Origin: Octopus vulgaris
Lineage: Eukaryota
NCBI GenBank assembly: GCA_951406725.2
Contig: OX597816.1
Location: 161,014,001 to 161,078,000, forward strand
Direction: 5' to 3'
Length of the DNA: 64,000 nucleotides
Made by a program: the position numbers and the translations under genes. Shown here piece by piece: positions 53,789 to 62,277 of the stretch. The first letter of the stretch is position 1; each line of letters opens with the position of its first letter. The notes below the pieces were generated by a model. The model was not told the origin of the DNA and ran no database searches. It saw only the letters and a program-made list of their open reading frames with translations.

Positions 53789-54901
53789 GTAATATTTCTC
53801 ATTAAAATGTGTGTGTATTTGTGTGTGTGCATGTGTGCATGTATGAGAGTGTGTGTGTGTGTGTAAGGTACTCTGGGGAAATAGGGCCCAGCTAACTACA
53901 TTGTTCAGTTAAAACAATGGCAATCTGTATATATTGTTATTCTTTTCTTATGAGTTGCAATTTGTAAACCTGAGGTAAAATACCAGTTATATACAGTGTT
54001 CATATATGTATGTATGAATGTGTATGTATGTGTGCATGCACATACAGTGGCTCTGCGCCATATCGTGGTTCACCTATCACTGTTTATTATTTAAGCTTAT
54101 GTCAATTCCTCCATGGTGTTGTTTTGCATTTATTCCGTCCAACCTGTGCTAGCGCGGAAAACGGACGTTAAACGATGATGATGATGATGAATAAAATAAA
54201 TATATACAAATTATAAAAATATTAAAAAAAAGTATATAGTTCAGTACTGTTTCTACTTCGTGGATTTTCACCTATTGCAAGGGTTTTTGGAAATTACATA
54301 CCTGTGTATGTAATTATATACTTGTGTATATATGTGTGAGTATGTATGTAGGCATCTGTGTTTGTGTATGTTGGTATGTGTGTGCCTGTTAGCTGCATGT
54401 GCATATGTGTGTATATACATGCATATCTGTATGTATGGGTAGATATGTGTATGAAAATTTATAAATATTTGCATTTGTGTATACATGTCTGAGTATGTAA
54501 GTACATATGTATGTTTGTATGCGCTTGTGTGTATATATGCATATATGTGTGCATTAGTACATTTGTGTATATATATCCAACCCATGCTAGCATGGAAAGC
54601 AGACGTTAAACGATGATGATGATGATGATGATATATATATATGTATGTATGTATGATTACCTGTATGTGCATGAGTCTGTGTATGTTACCTTCTATAATA
54701 AATGTAAGGAACACAGAAATACTGAAGTTAACTAATGTCAGCCAGCAAACCCCCATATTCTTCCTGTAAACCTGTAGTTATAATGGTAGACTGATATTTC
54801 CCTCCAAAAAAAGCCACTCGGTGGATAAGATTTCATAATAGCTGCTTCATACAGGGAAAATTACCAATTTTAATTCTGTTAGCCAGGAAACAGCCTGTCA
54901 T
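10503..54901 (-). CDS. Speculative 6-exon small ORF, or spliced lncRNA, 113 aa, no recognisable family
   Basis: Candidate exons 54865-54923, 42394-42460, 32835-32880, 25471-25512, 22551-22674 and 10503-10528 have pyrimidine-rich AG acceptors and GT donors, and all junctions are in frame. Exons were hand-picked and there is no homology support. Confidence 0.3.
11310..11468. repeat. Imperfect inverted repeat (~75-bp arms, 6-nt loop)
   Basis: TCTCCTCTTCTCTCTAGTCTTGTCCTGTCTATTC pairs with GAATAAACAAGACAAAACCAGAGAGAAGAGGAGA; the outer ACAGATTCTGTGA pairs with TCGCAGAATTTGT. Confidence 0.75.
12520..12922 (-). mobile_element. SINE family B copy
   Basis: Full-length match to family B. Confidence 0.85.
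14139..14527 (+). mobile_element. Dimeric family A SINE with TSD
   Basis: ATGAGGTTGGT at 14128-14138 and 14530-14540; the body is internally duplicated. Confidence 0.8.
15521..16785 (+). pseudogene. Decayed Tc1-like transposase
   Basis: HTH region [30 protein letters not shown]; catalytic motifs [18 protein letters not shown] and [16 protein letters not shown]; stops and frameshifts. Confidence 0.9.
15856..16077. mobile_element. piggyBac-type MITE inserted in the Tc1 relic
   Basis: TTAA (15852-15855) CCCTTT...AAAGGG TTAA (16078-16081). Confidence 0.75.
16968..17232. repeat. (GA)n/(GT)n microsatellite
   Basis: Seen directly. Confidence 0.95.
18714..19330 (+). mobile_element. SINE family B copy interrupted by an HHR element (18899-19102)
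   Basis: 5' half at 18714-18880, 3' half at 19105-19330; the insertion sits in the internal (TA)n. Confidence 0.8.
18996..19033 (-). ncRNA. Minimal hammerhead motif, A6U variant
   Basis: TCTTT CTGTTGA A GAGC-ATAG-GCTC GAAA CG TA AAAGA: stems I and II perfect, ACGU palindromic stem III, GUA site. Confidence 0.75.
19495..19885 (-). mobile_element. SINE family B copy (well conserved)
   Basis: CpG-retaining, near-full-length match. Confidence 0.85.
20025..20165 (+). mobile_element. pLTR 3' fragment carrying the four-hairpin module
   Basis: Colinear with 6475-6612 and 51410-51546. Confidence 0.6.
20445..20820 (-). mobile_element. SINE family B copy
   Basis: Match to family B. Confidence 0.8.
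20935..21370 (+). mobile_element. RTE-like LINE 3' end remnant
   Basis: [32 protein letters not shown] resembles the RTE C-terminal LLYG..R..GRPKLRF.D.LK motif. Confidence 0.6.
24175..24235 (-). ncRNA. Hammerhead motif with non-canonical GUG site
   Basis: GGGGT CTGACGA TACA-CCATAAA..TTTATGG-ATGG GAAA CCC-A-GGG TG ATCCC. Confidence 0.65.
24458..24901. mobile_element. Non-autonomous TIR element containing telomere-like repeats
   Basis: 30-bp TIRs GGATCTTTTCAGTTTGAACGGCAGTTTTTT / AAAAAACTGCCATTCAAACTGAAAAGATCC; TTAGGG variants at 24561-24604. Confidence 0.8.
25590..27810. repeat. Compound microsatellite field (TA, CA, CT, TATC, TGTC, TACC, TATG)
   Basis: Seen directly; an A-rich and unique stretch lies at ~26500-26840. 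Confidence 0.95.
28105..28141 (+). ncRNA. Degenerate A6U-family hammerhead motif
   Basis: CATT CTGTATGA A GAGC-ATAG-GCTC GAAA CA TC AAAG. Confidence 0.55.
28389..29024 (+). pseudogene. 5'-truncated Penelope-like element: linker and GIY-YIG endonuclease
   Basis: [32 protein letters not shown]; [34 protein letters not shown]; RCKH after a frameshift. Confidence 0.88.
29232..29318 (+). ncRNA. Hammerhead ribozyme motif in the PLE 3' pseudo-LTR
   Basis: ACTTCC CTGAAGA GAAGATT..AATCTTC GAAA CATGT GTC AGAAGT, about 210 nt downstream of the GIY-YIG ORF. Confidence 0.8.
29484..29900 (+). mobile_element. SINE family B copy
   Basis: Match to family B. Confidence 0.85.
31199..32745. repeat. Trinucleotide repeat field (CAC, CAT, GAT, GGT, GAG)
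   Basis: Seen directly; partly expanded tails of family D elements. Confidence 0.9.
33700..35445 (-). mobile_element. Decayed CR1/L2-group LINE RT, split by a family B SINE (34053-34525)
   Basis: [37 protein letters not shown] (YADD-like); [28 protein letters not shown]. Confidence 0.88.
35451..35730 (-). mobile_element. Non-autonomous Helitron
   Basis: Minus strand starts TCTTTATATATAAAA and ends CCCGAGCAACGCCGGG (hairpin) CGATACTGCTAG; inserted between A and T. Confidence 0.85.
35850..36270 (-). mobile_element. Possible highly decayed piggyBac transposase C-terminus
   Basis: [12 protein letters not shown] and RKCYNFF resemble PGBD C-terminal motifs; weak. Confidence 0.25.
37101..37540 (+). 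mobile_element. SINE family B copy
   Basis: Match to family B. Confidence 0.85.
37560..37925 (+). mobile_element. Fold-back pLTR element
   Basis: Inverted arms 37560-37656 / 37661-37760; the body matches 4630-4800 + 5204-5285 on the opposite strand. Confidence 0.7.
37934..38200 (+). mobile_element. Internally deleted mariner
   Basis: TIR-like TATTGGGTTGGCAACTAAG; C-terminal [41 protein letters not shown]. Confidence 0.85.
40035..40810. repeat. 31-bp minisatellite with higher-order structure
   Basis: Unit ~GACCTAAGATCAAAGGCAGCCTCAATCAAGCA (e.g. starts at 40191 and 40222); about 20 diverged units; interrupted at 40444-40534 by a fragment ending AAAGGGTTAA. Confidence 0.9.
42790..45300 (+). 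mobile_element. Decayed Penelope-like element (Neptune-like): RT, Cys linker, GIY-YIG and 3' region
   Basis: [11 protein letters not shown]; [28 protein letters not shown]; SCHPKHTK; CNCPNCGTC; [25 protein letters not shown]. Confidence 0.88.
45180..45217 (+). ncRNA. Degenerate hammerhead motif at the 3' end of the PLE
   Basis: ATCA CTGATAA GCAA-AAAA-TTGT T GAAA CCGG TT TGGT; carries G8A. Confidence 0.55.
45335..46230 (-). mobile_element. Internally deleted Tc1/mariner-superfamily relic split by SINE insertion 45688-46077
   Basis: [37 protein letters not shown]; TSD TTTRGATGGTTTCCA at 45673-45687 and 46078-46092. Confidence 0.65.
46640..47460 (-). mobile_element. RTE-like LINE 3' portion
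   Basis: [24 protein letters not shown]; a similar end ([15 protein letters not shown]) lies at 52660-52820. Confidence 0.8.
47525..47753 (-). mobile_element. pLTR fragment homologous to 52085-52308
   Basis: Colinear match that stops next to the predicted HHR cleavage site. Confidence 0.75.
48504..48653. repeat. Fold-back inverted repeat next to (TA)n
   Basis: AAACATTAAGGCAAGGCAACCATCTTAAGTCATATACAATAT / ATATTGTATATTACTTGAGATGTTTGCCTTGCCTTAATGTTT. Confidence 0.75.
48838..49225 (+). mobile_element. SINE family B copy
   Basis: Match to family B. Confidence 0.85.
49880..50430. repeat. Degenerate (CATA/CA)n tract
   Basis: Seen directly. Confidence 0.95.
51349..51391 (+). ncRNA. Hammerhead motif, U3:A8 variant
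   Basis: GTACG TTGACAA GAGG-CAAATA-CCTT GAAA CTGCA GTC CGTGC. Confidence 0.7.
51627..51730 (+). ncRNA. Hammerhead motif with long stem II (G12A, GUU site)
   Basis: TAAC CTGATGA GTGGCTATATTTAA..TTAAATATAGCCAC AAAA CATGT GTT GTTA; 14-bp perfect base of stem II. Confidence 0.7.
52303..52354 (-). ncRNA. Hammerhead motif (U4C), largely intact
   Basis: GTCT CCGATGA AGGGATAT..ATATCCTG GAAA CAGCTG TA AGAC. Confidence 0.8.
52830..53192 (-). mobile_element. SINE family E (tRNA-like head) inserted in an RTE remnant
   Basis: Minus-strand head GGAGCAATGGCCCAGTGGTTAGGGCAG..TTCAATTCCCAGACCAGG. Confidence 0.6.
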
Positions 54902-55146
54902 CCTCTCACTCAGCTAAAACATCCTATAAATAGAAGCAAAATGATGTATTATAAATTATTTTTCCTTTGGGTTATTATTATTATTATATTATTATTGTTG
55001 TTGTTGTTGTTATTATTATTATTATCATTATCATTATTATTATTTTGTAGTGGCTGGGGAGAGTCATTCTCCTTTAGTGCTTTATTATTTAACATTCATT
55101 TGTCTATGTATATATATGTGTATGTGTGTGTGTGTATTTGTCTATG

Positions 55147-55207
<61 letters not shown>

Positions 55208-55273
55208 GAAAAGGTTGCAAGATGCAATGAAAATTTTAGGAAAAATAAATAAGTAAATGAGTGGAAACTTTAC

Positions 55274-55333
<60 letters not shown>

Positions 55334-56945
55334 GGTGGCAAGCTGGCAGAAACGTTTGCACACTAGGCAAAATGCTTAGCGGTATTTCGTCTGTCTTTAT
55401 GTTCTAAGTTCAAATTCCACCAAGGTTGACTTTACCTTTCATCCTAGTCCCCTCCTGCACAATTTTAGGCCTTGTGCCTATAGTAGAAAGTAACTCTATA
55501 TAAAAATAAATATGTCTATGCATATATGTCTATCTAAATTCATCAACCTGACATCAGTAATTTAAACTTGTTAAGTGATATCAGGACTGAAATGTTTTTT
55601 TCTCACACAATAATCAGTCACACCTAATGTGTTAGTCATTGTTCTCTGTCACCTGTTCAATACAGGAGAGATTTATGAGATTTTCAAACAAGACAGAATG
55701 AAACAAACAATTAGTAATGGTAAAAAATTTAAAAATAAATCGACAGTACAAAACACACAAAAATGTCAAGTTACGCCATTGGTCCACATATGGTTGTGTG
55801 ATTGAGAAGTTTGCTTCTAAACTACAAGGTTTTTAATTCAGTGTCAATCTGGGCAAGTGACTTCAGCTATAATGCCATGGTGACGAAAGCCTTATGAGAA
55901 GATTTGGTAGAAGGAAACAGGAAGAAATGAAAGAAGCCCGTCATGTGTGTGTGTGTGTTCTTTTATTCTTTTGCTTCTTTCAGTCACTTAACTGAAGCCA
56001 TGCTGGAGCACTGCCTTGAAAATTTTTAGTTGAACAACTGGACATCAGGACTTTTTTTTCAAGTCTTGCACTTATTATATTGGTCTCTTCTGCTAAACTG
56101 CTAAGTCATGGGGATATAACCACACCAACACCAGTTGTCAAGCAGTGATTGGGGTGGACAAGCCCAGACACAAAGACACATGCACACACACACACATATA
56201 CACAATGAACTTCTTTCAGTTTCCATCTATAGTAGAAGACACTTGCCCAAGGTGCCACGCAGTGGGACTGAACAGGAAACCATGTAGTAACTGATTTCTG
56301 TAACTGATTACTGTGTGGACTGATAGCCAAGTCCATAAGCAGATCCTTCTGTGATAGCTGCACAATTCTCTGAATCCATATCATGTACTACTTTTAATTA
56401 CAGTTTAATTAAAGTCTCTGTTAGTTAAGCCATCATCGGACTGCAATGCATTGAAGTTAATCTTGGCTTTATACAGTTTCTCTTGAGTTAAAATCTTCCT
56501 CGAGTATGTGAGTTAGAGTTGGGTGATAATCAGGTTTTAGGGTGGATTGTTATGGAGAGGTGTTTTGGAGGAGTTTTTATTGATTAGATTTGGGGTTATT
56601 CTATTGTTTACAATTTATTCATGAATGTAAAACTTTGTAAGCAGGTGTGAATATTTAGGTGTGTCCCTTTTGGTAGGTAGGTATGAAATATGCCAGTAGT
56701 TTCAGTTATATTTCATTTTAATGACAATGTAAAGATCAAAGGTTCAAAGTTTAATCCAGCATTTAAGAACTATTTTATACATAAATACATACACACCTTT
56801 TACAATGCTCCACTTTTGCATATATCCAGAGACTAAAATAATATATTATGTATATATATAATTTAAATTAAGCAGAAAATGGAGAAATCTTGATCAACAA
56901 CAATAGACTACCATCGATTACTATTTTTAATACAGAACTTATCCC

Positions 56946-57061
56946 ATCTAACAGCTGTTTCTGCTTCCAATGTCCTACAGTGTTGCAAGTGAAAATTCTT
57001 AGAATAATATTCATCATATATTGTAACACATCTGATCTGGAACATGGAGTTTCATCAGAGC
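56946..57061 (-). ncRNA. Degenerate long-stem-II hammerhead motif
   Basis: CTGATGA AACTCCATGT..ACATTGGAAGCA GAAA CAGCTG TT AGAT. Confidence 0.6.
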
Positions 57062-57139
57062 GAAGAAAAATATTTAAATAGACAGGTGTATGAACAACAA
57101 GCAGGTGTATTAGTTTAACACTCAGGAAAGTGAGAAAGT

Positions 57140-57175
57140 CATTTACATTTTGAGCCTACGCTCTTCAACAGAAAG
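57140..57175 (-). ncRNA. A6U-family hammerhead motif (G12A)
   Basis: CTTT CTGTTGA A GAGC-GTAG-GCTC AAAA TG TA AATG. Confidence 0.55.
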
Positions 57176-57189
57176 GAATAAAAGAAAAT

Positions 57190-57236
<47 letters not shown>

Positions 57237-57246
57237 TTGAATTTTA

Positions 57247-57314
57247 GTTCACGGACCTTCAGTACTACATTTGTGGACCACCAGGGGTCCATGGACCCCA
57301 GTCTGGGAACCACT
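57247..57314. mobile_element. hAT-type MITE end
   Basis: GGGGTCCATGGACCCC subterminal palindrome and GGGAACCACTG terminus. Confidence 0.5.
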
Positions 57315-57754
57315 GATATCTACAGTGACTGATATAAGCCTCATGTGACCATGTGACCTGTTAGAAATAGCAGCCAGATCTTCCATCAAAAAGAGTATAT
57401 TAGATAATGTATAATCTTACATACTTTTTGCTCTATCTTGAAAGGTCATTATGCCAATAATAATAATCCCATGCACTGGTTCTATTTCACTTCTTTAATT
57501 CTATTAGTTAATTGGTTAACCATTTAACTGGTTAACTAACTGATTGTTTGATTAATTGATTGATCAATCAATCAATGACTCTCTCTTGACACAAGCAAAT
57601 ATATTTCAATGTATGAAGTCAAAAGGTGATCTGGACGTGACCACCTTGTCAATTTTATTGGTTTGTTTTTCATGTTTTAACCAGCACAATGTAAATAGGA
57701 CTACATCATCTAATGGTCTTTTTTCTTTCTGCAAACGAAATACAAAAATGGAAT

Positions 57755-58080
57755 AGTGAGTGGCAAGAAGTTTACTTCTCAGCCACATGGTTCCTGGTTC
57801 AATCCCACTGCACAGCACCTTGAGCAAGTGTCTTCTACTATAAACTCAGGCCAACAAAGGCCTTGTAGGTGGATTTCATAGCCGTAAACTGAAAGAGGTG
57901 TGTGTGTGTGTGAGTTTGTGCATGTGTTTACGTCCCCCATAACTTTGTGGTTCAGCAAAGGAGATCAATAGAATAAGTGCCAGACTTACAAAGAATAAGT
58001 CCTGGGGTTGATTTCATTAACTAAAAGGCAGTGCTCCAGCATGGCTGCAATCAAACAATTGAAACAAATAAGAGAATAAA
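57755..58080 (+). mobile_element. SINE family B copy (diverged)
   Basis: Match to family B. Confidence 0.75.
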
Positions 58081-58501
58081 AGAACAAAGAATTATCTCAT
58101 TGCTTTGAGATTTCGATGATGGGATTGTTCACTCATAGAATAACATTATTGGGTGAGTATGAAAAGCCAGGTTTGGTCAGTTTGAACCCAAAGCAGATAG
58201 AATATTTGAGTCAGTTGAGTTGGTTTAAATGCTAAAGGGCTAAAAAACATGAACGGATGAGATGGTCATGACTGAAATGCCTATGATCATTTAGGGCTGA
58301 CCTGGTAGCAAACAACAAGAATAGCAACTCTCTCCAATGAAGGACATATATAACGTTTTGCAGTGTGTCCAGAAAACAAGACAGGATGGCCACAGTTGGG
58401 ATGTCTTTGATTATAGCTCTGCTCAGTCAGAACCAACTTACAACAAAATAATATAAATACTACTACTACTACTACCACCACCACCACCACCACCACCACC
58501 A

Positions 58502-58553
<52 letters not shown>

Positions 58554-59087
58554 AACCATCAACACCACTATTAACACCACCACTACTACTGCTACTACTA
58601 CTATTACTACTGCTACAACCACCACCACCACCACCACCACCACCACCACCACCACCATCACTGCTATCATACTTTTCTACTCTAAGCACAAAGCCCGAAA
58701 TTTTTGGGGAGGATGCCAGTCGATTAGATCAAACCCCATACACAACTGGTACTTAATTTATTGACCCTGAAAGGATGACAGGCAAAGTTGACCTAGGTGG
58801 AATTTGAACTCAGAACGTAAAGACAGACGGAATACTACTAAGCATTTCGTATGGCGTGCTAACGTTTCTGCTAGCTCACTGCCTTCTACAACTATCATAC
58901 TGCCATTACACAATGCTACCAAAACACCAGTATTTCATTATCAGAACTGAGAGTTTTCAGGAAAATGACAGAAGTGGGTGGCTGGTTGTTTTAGTGCAAA
59001 ATTGGCAATTGGGAAACCTGAAATGTTTTTCATAAATCAAAACCAGTGTGTGGGATTTGAGAGTAGAATTGCAGTTTGAATCAACAT

Positions 59088-59156
<69 letters not shown>

Positions 59157-60542
59157 TGATTATGACGACAACAATTTTTTTTTTTCTGAATTAATTTTTT
59201 TTATTGATTTAAATCTAAATTTCAATATCAGTGTTTAGTTTTGAAAAAAGAATTCAATTCCACTCTCTCTCTGAGTTTGGCTTATGAAAAACATCTGTTT
59301 TATCAATACAGAAAATAAAATTTCAAGATGATAAATAGTAAATAAATAAAATTTAAAAAGAAGCAGTAAAAAAAAATCACTGTCCCCACCCACTTTCCCC
59401 CTCCAAAAAACTCCCACTGAAAAATGCTTTGTTCAAAATTTTCAATGTCTTTTAAATTTTTTTTTTGTTTTTTCTTCCATTAAATGTCTTCATATTAATT
59501 AATTTTTCATTCATTCTCTTTTAAGATAATTCACTCTCACCACTGTAAACCACAAAGATACTCATCAACCTTAGTACTCTGATGACAAGTTGCTTCTCCA
59601 TCACCACCACCACTCTCTTCCCCAGGTTCTTATTCTTCTTTTCTCTTTCTCCCTATGCTTTTCACTTGCTTATCTCTAAGTGGAGCAGGATGAGTTTAAT
59701 GCCCTTCCCAGCTCAGACCTAACCACAGCTTACACACAATAGAACTTATTAGTCACACTATGTTGACATGTCATTCATTTAACAATTGTGGTGGGGTTTT
59801 TTGGAGTTTTTTTTTCCATTATTGTTGTACCAACAACATTAAGATAAAAATCATCATCAGGAATGGCTGTGTGGTAAGTAGGTTGCTTACCAACCACATG
59901 GTTTCAGGTTCAGTCCAACTGTGTGGCACCATGCGCAAGTGTCTTGTACTATAAGTGGAAAGCCGGCCAAAGCCTTGTGAGTGGATTTGGTAGCCGGAAA
60001 CTGAAATAAGCCCATCATCATCATCGTTTAATGTCCACTATCCATGCTGGCATGAGTTGGATGGTTTGACTGAGGACTGGCAAGCCAGAAGACTGCACCA
60101 GGCTTCAATCCGATCTGGCAAAGTTTCTATAGCTGGATGCCCTTCCTAATGCCAACCACTCTGAGAGTGTAGTGGGTGCTTTTTACATGCACCAGCACAG
60201 GAGCCAATCACCCCCACTACAGGCTTGGTCGCCTAGGTAGTGGAAGCTTCTAGAGGGGGCTGAGGACTGATCCTTGGGGAGCCCCTACTTGTACCCAGAA
60301 TTCTTCACTATACTCATTGCTAACCCTCACCTTACTGACATCATCTCTGTACAGGGCTTGTACAACTCTTACCAACCACTCGTAATATATATATATATGT
60401 GTATATATATATATATATTACAGCAAGTGACCTGATCTGAGATCATGTGCTGGAACAAAAACAATTGCAGCGTGGAAGGTGTTTATAAGCCATTTAAGAA
60501 ACACACAAAAACCGTTACATTCACTTCAACATTTAAATTTAT

Positions 60543-60595
60543 TTTTGTCAAAATATTTTCGTTGCTTTGAGACTGCAACCTGTTCACTGACAAAA
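60543..60595 (-). ncRNA. Hammerhead-like motif with swapped G3:C8 core
   Basis: TTTTGTCA GTGAACA G GTTGC-AGTCTCAAA-GCAAC GAAA ATAT TT TGACAAAA; within element ~60420-60631, which has a short inverted tail. Confidence 0.7.
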
Positions 60596-60871
60596 TTCCA
60601 TGCTGCATCATGGAATTTTGTTAGTGAACACATGTGTGTGCACATACACACATATATGTATATATGAGAATGTATATAATCATTTTACTTGTTTCAGTAA
60701 TTTGATTGTGGCCATGCAGGAGCACCACCTTTTTGTGGGAAGATGAATGGAAGCATGACATCACCATCACTAGTGATCACTCCAAATACCATGATGTTGA
60801 CTGGGTGTTTGATTTTTATCACCCTTGGTACATGTCCTCAGATTGCCCTGCTCTCAGATTGGCAATGAGGG

Positions 60872-61140
60872 CCAGTCAGACAGTACTGGCATCGACCACG
60901 TTCGAATGGTGCTTTTTACGTGCCACCTTCATGAGACCAGTCAGACAGTACTGGCATCGACCACATTTGAATGGTGCTTTTTACGTGCCACCTTCATGAG
61001 ACCAGTCAGACAGTACTGGCATCGACCACATTTGAATGGTGCTTTTTACGTGCCACCTTCATGAGACCAGTCAGGCGGCACTGGCATTGACCACGTTCGA
61101 ATGGTGGTTTTTACATGCCACTGGCATGGGTGCCAGTCAG
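60872..61140. repeat. 65-bp tandem repeat (4+ units) of the family D 5' module
   Basis: Units start at 60872, 60937, 61002, 61067 and 61133. Confidence 0.92.
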
Positions 61141-61196
61141 GTGGTATTGTCATCACCCATGACAACGACAACAACAGCCTGGTCTGTCACATGACA

Positions 61197-61237
<41 letters not shown>

Positions 61238-61244
<7 letters not shown>

Positions 61245-61426
61245 GTTGTATACTGTCAATTTAACGTGACAGTAGGTGATTACACCACTGCTGTTTAGCC
61301 CTAGGAAGCATCGACGCTCCCTGATGGCTTCGACACATTTTTTTCCATCAGGAAGCGTCGATGCTTCCTAGGGCTAAACAGCGGTGGTGTAATCCACCGT
61401 TAAATTGACAGTATACAACCATTCTA
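61238..61426. mobile_element. Near-perfect fold-back pLTR 3' fragment
   Basis: ~85-bp inverted arms; shares TAGGGCTAAA and its hairpins with the 6.1-6.6 kb element. Confidence 0.8.
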
Positions 61427-61498
61427 TTGCCCCACCACCGTACATATCTCTATGAGATATTTAGAAATTTTATATTTCTGATATATATATATATACAT

Positions 61499-61561
<63 letters not shown>

Positions 61562-61564
61562 CAT

Positions 61565-61608
<44 letters not shown>

Positions 61609-61981
61609 CTGATTGAATTGATTGGATTGATTTATCTGTTGATCATTGTGATCGGTACAGCCCAACCTAGAACTTTGTTCATTCATGTACCCTCAAGTGG
61701 GATTTGAGGCCAAAGTCAGATGCATTAATGGCTGCCACTTATTGGACACACAATGACATGCTCTGCTGATTTAGTTCTAGCCTTCATTGCCGCACACATT
61801 TTCACTTGGCTGACTCATTTTTTCATTTTCGTAGGCCTCTATTCTCATTTGAATTACTTGCCTCTATTCAGACCTGTTCATGGCCATGATTACCCATTGC
61901 TCTTCATCAATGTGACATGCACACCCACACAGACACAGACAGATACAGATAGACAGACACACATAGACACAGACACACACA

Positions 61982-62039
<58 letters not shown>

Positions 62040-62194
62040 CGACAGGTTTCTTTCAATTTCTGTCTACAACATTCATTCACAAGGCTTTGGTCAGCCTAAG
62101 GCTATATAATAGAAAATACTTGTCCAAGATACCATGCAGTGGGAATGAACCCAGAACCATGTGGTTGGGGAAGCAAACTTGCCACAGCCACCCC

Positions 62195-62277
<83 letters not shown>

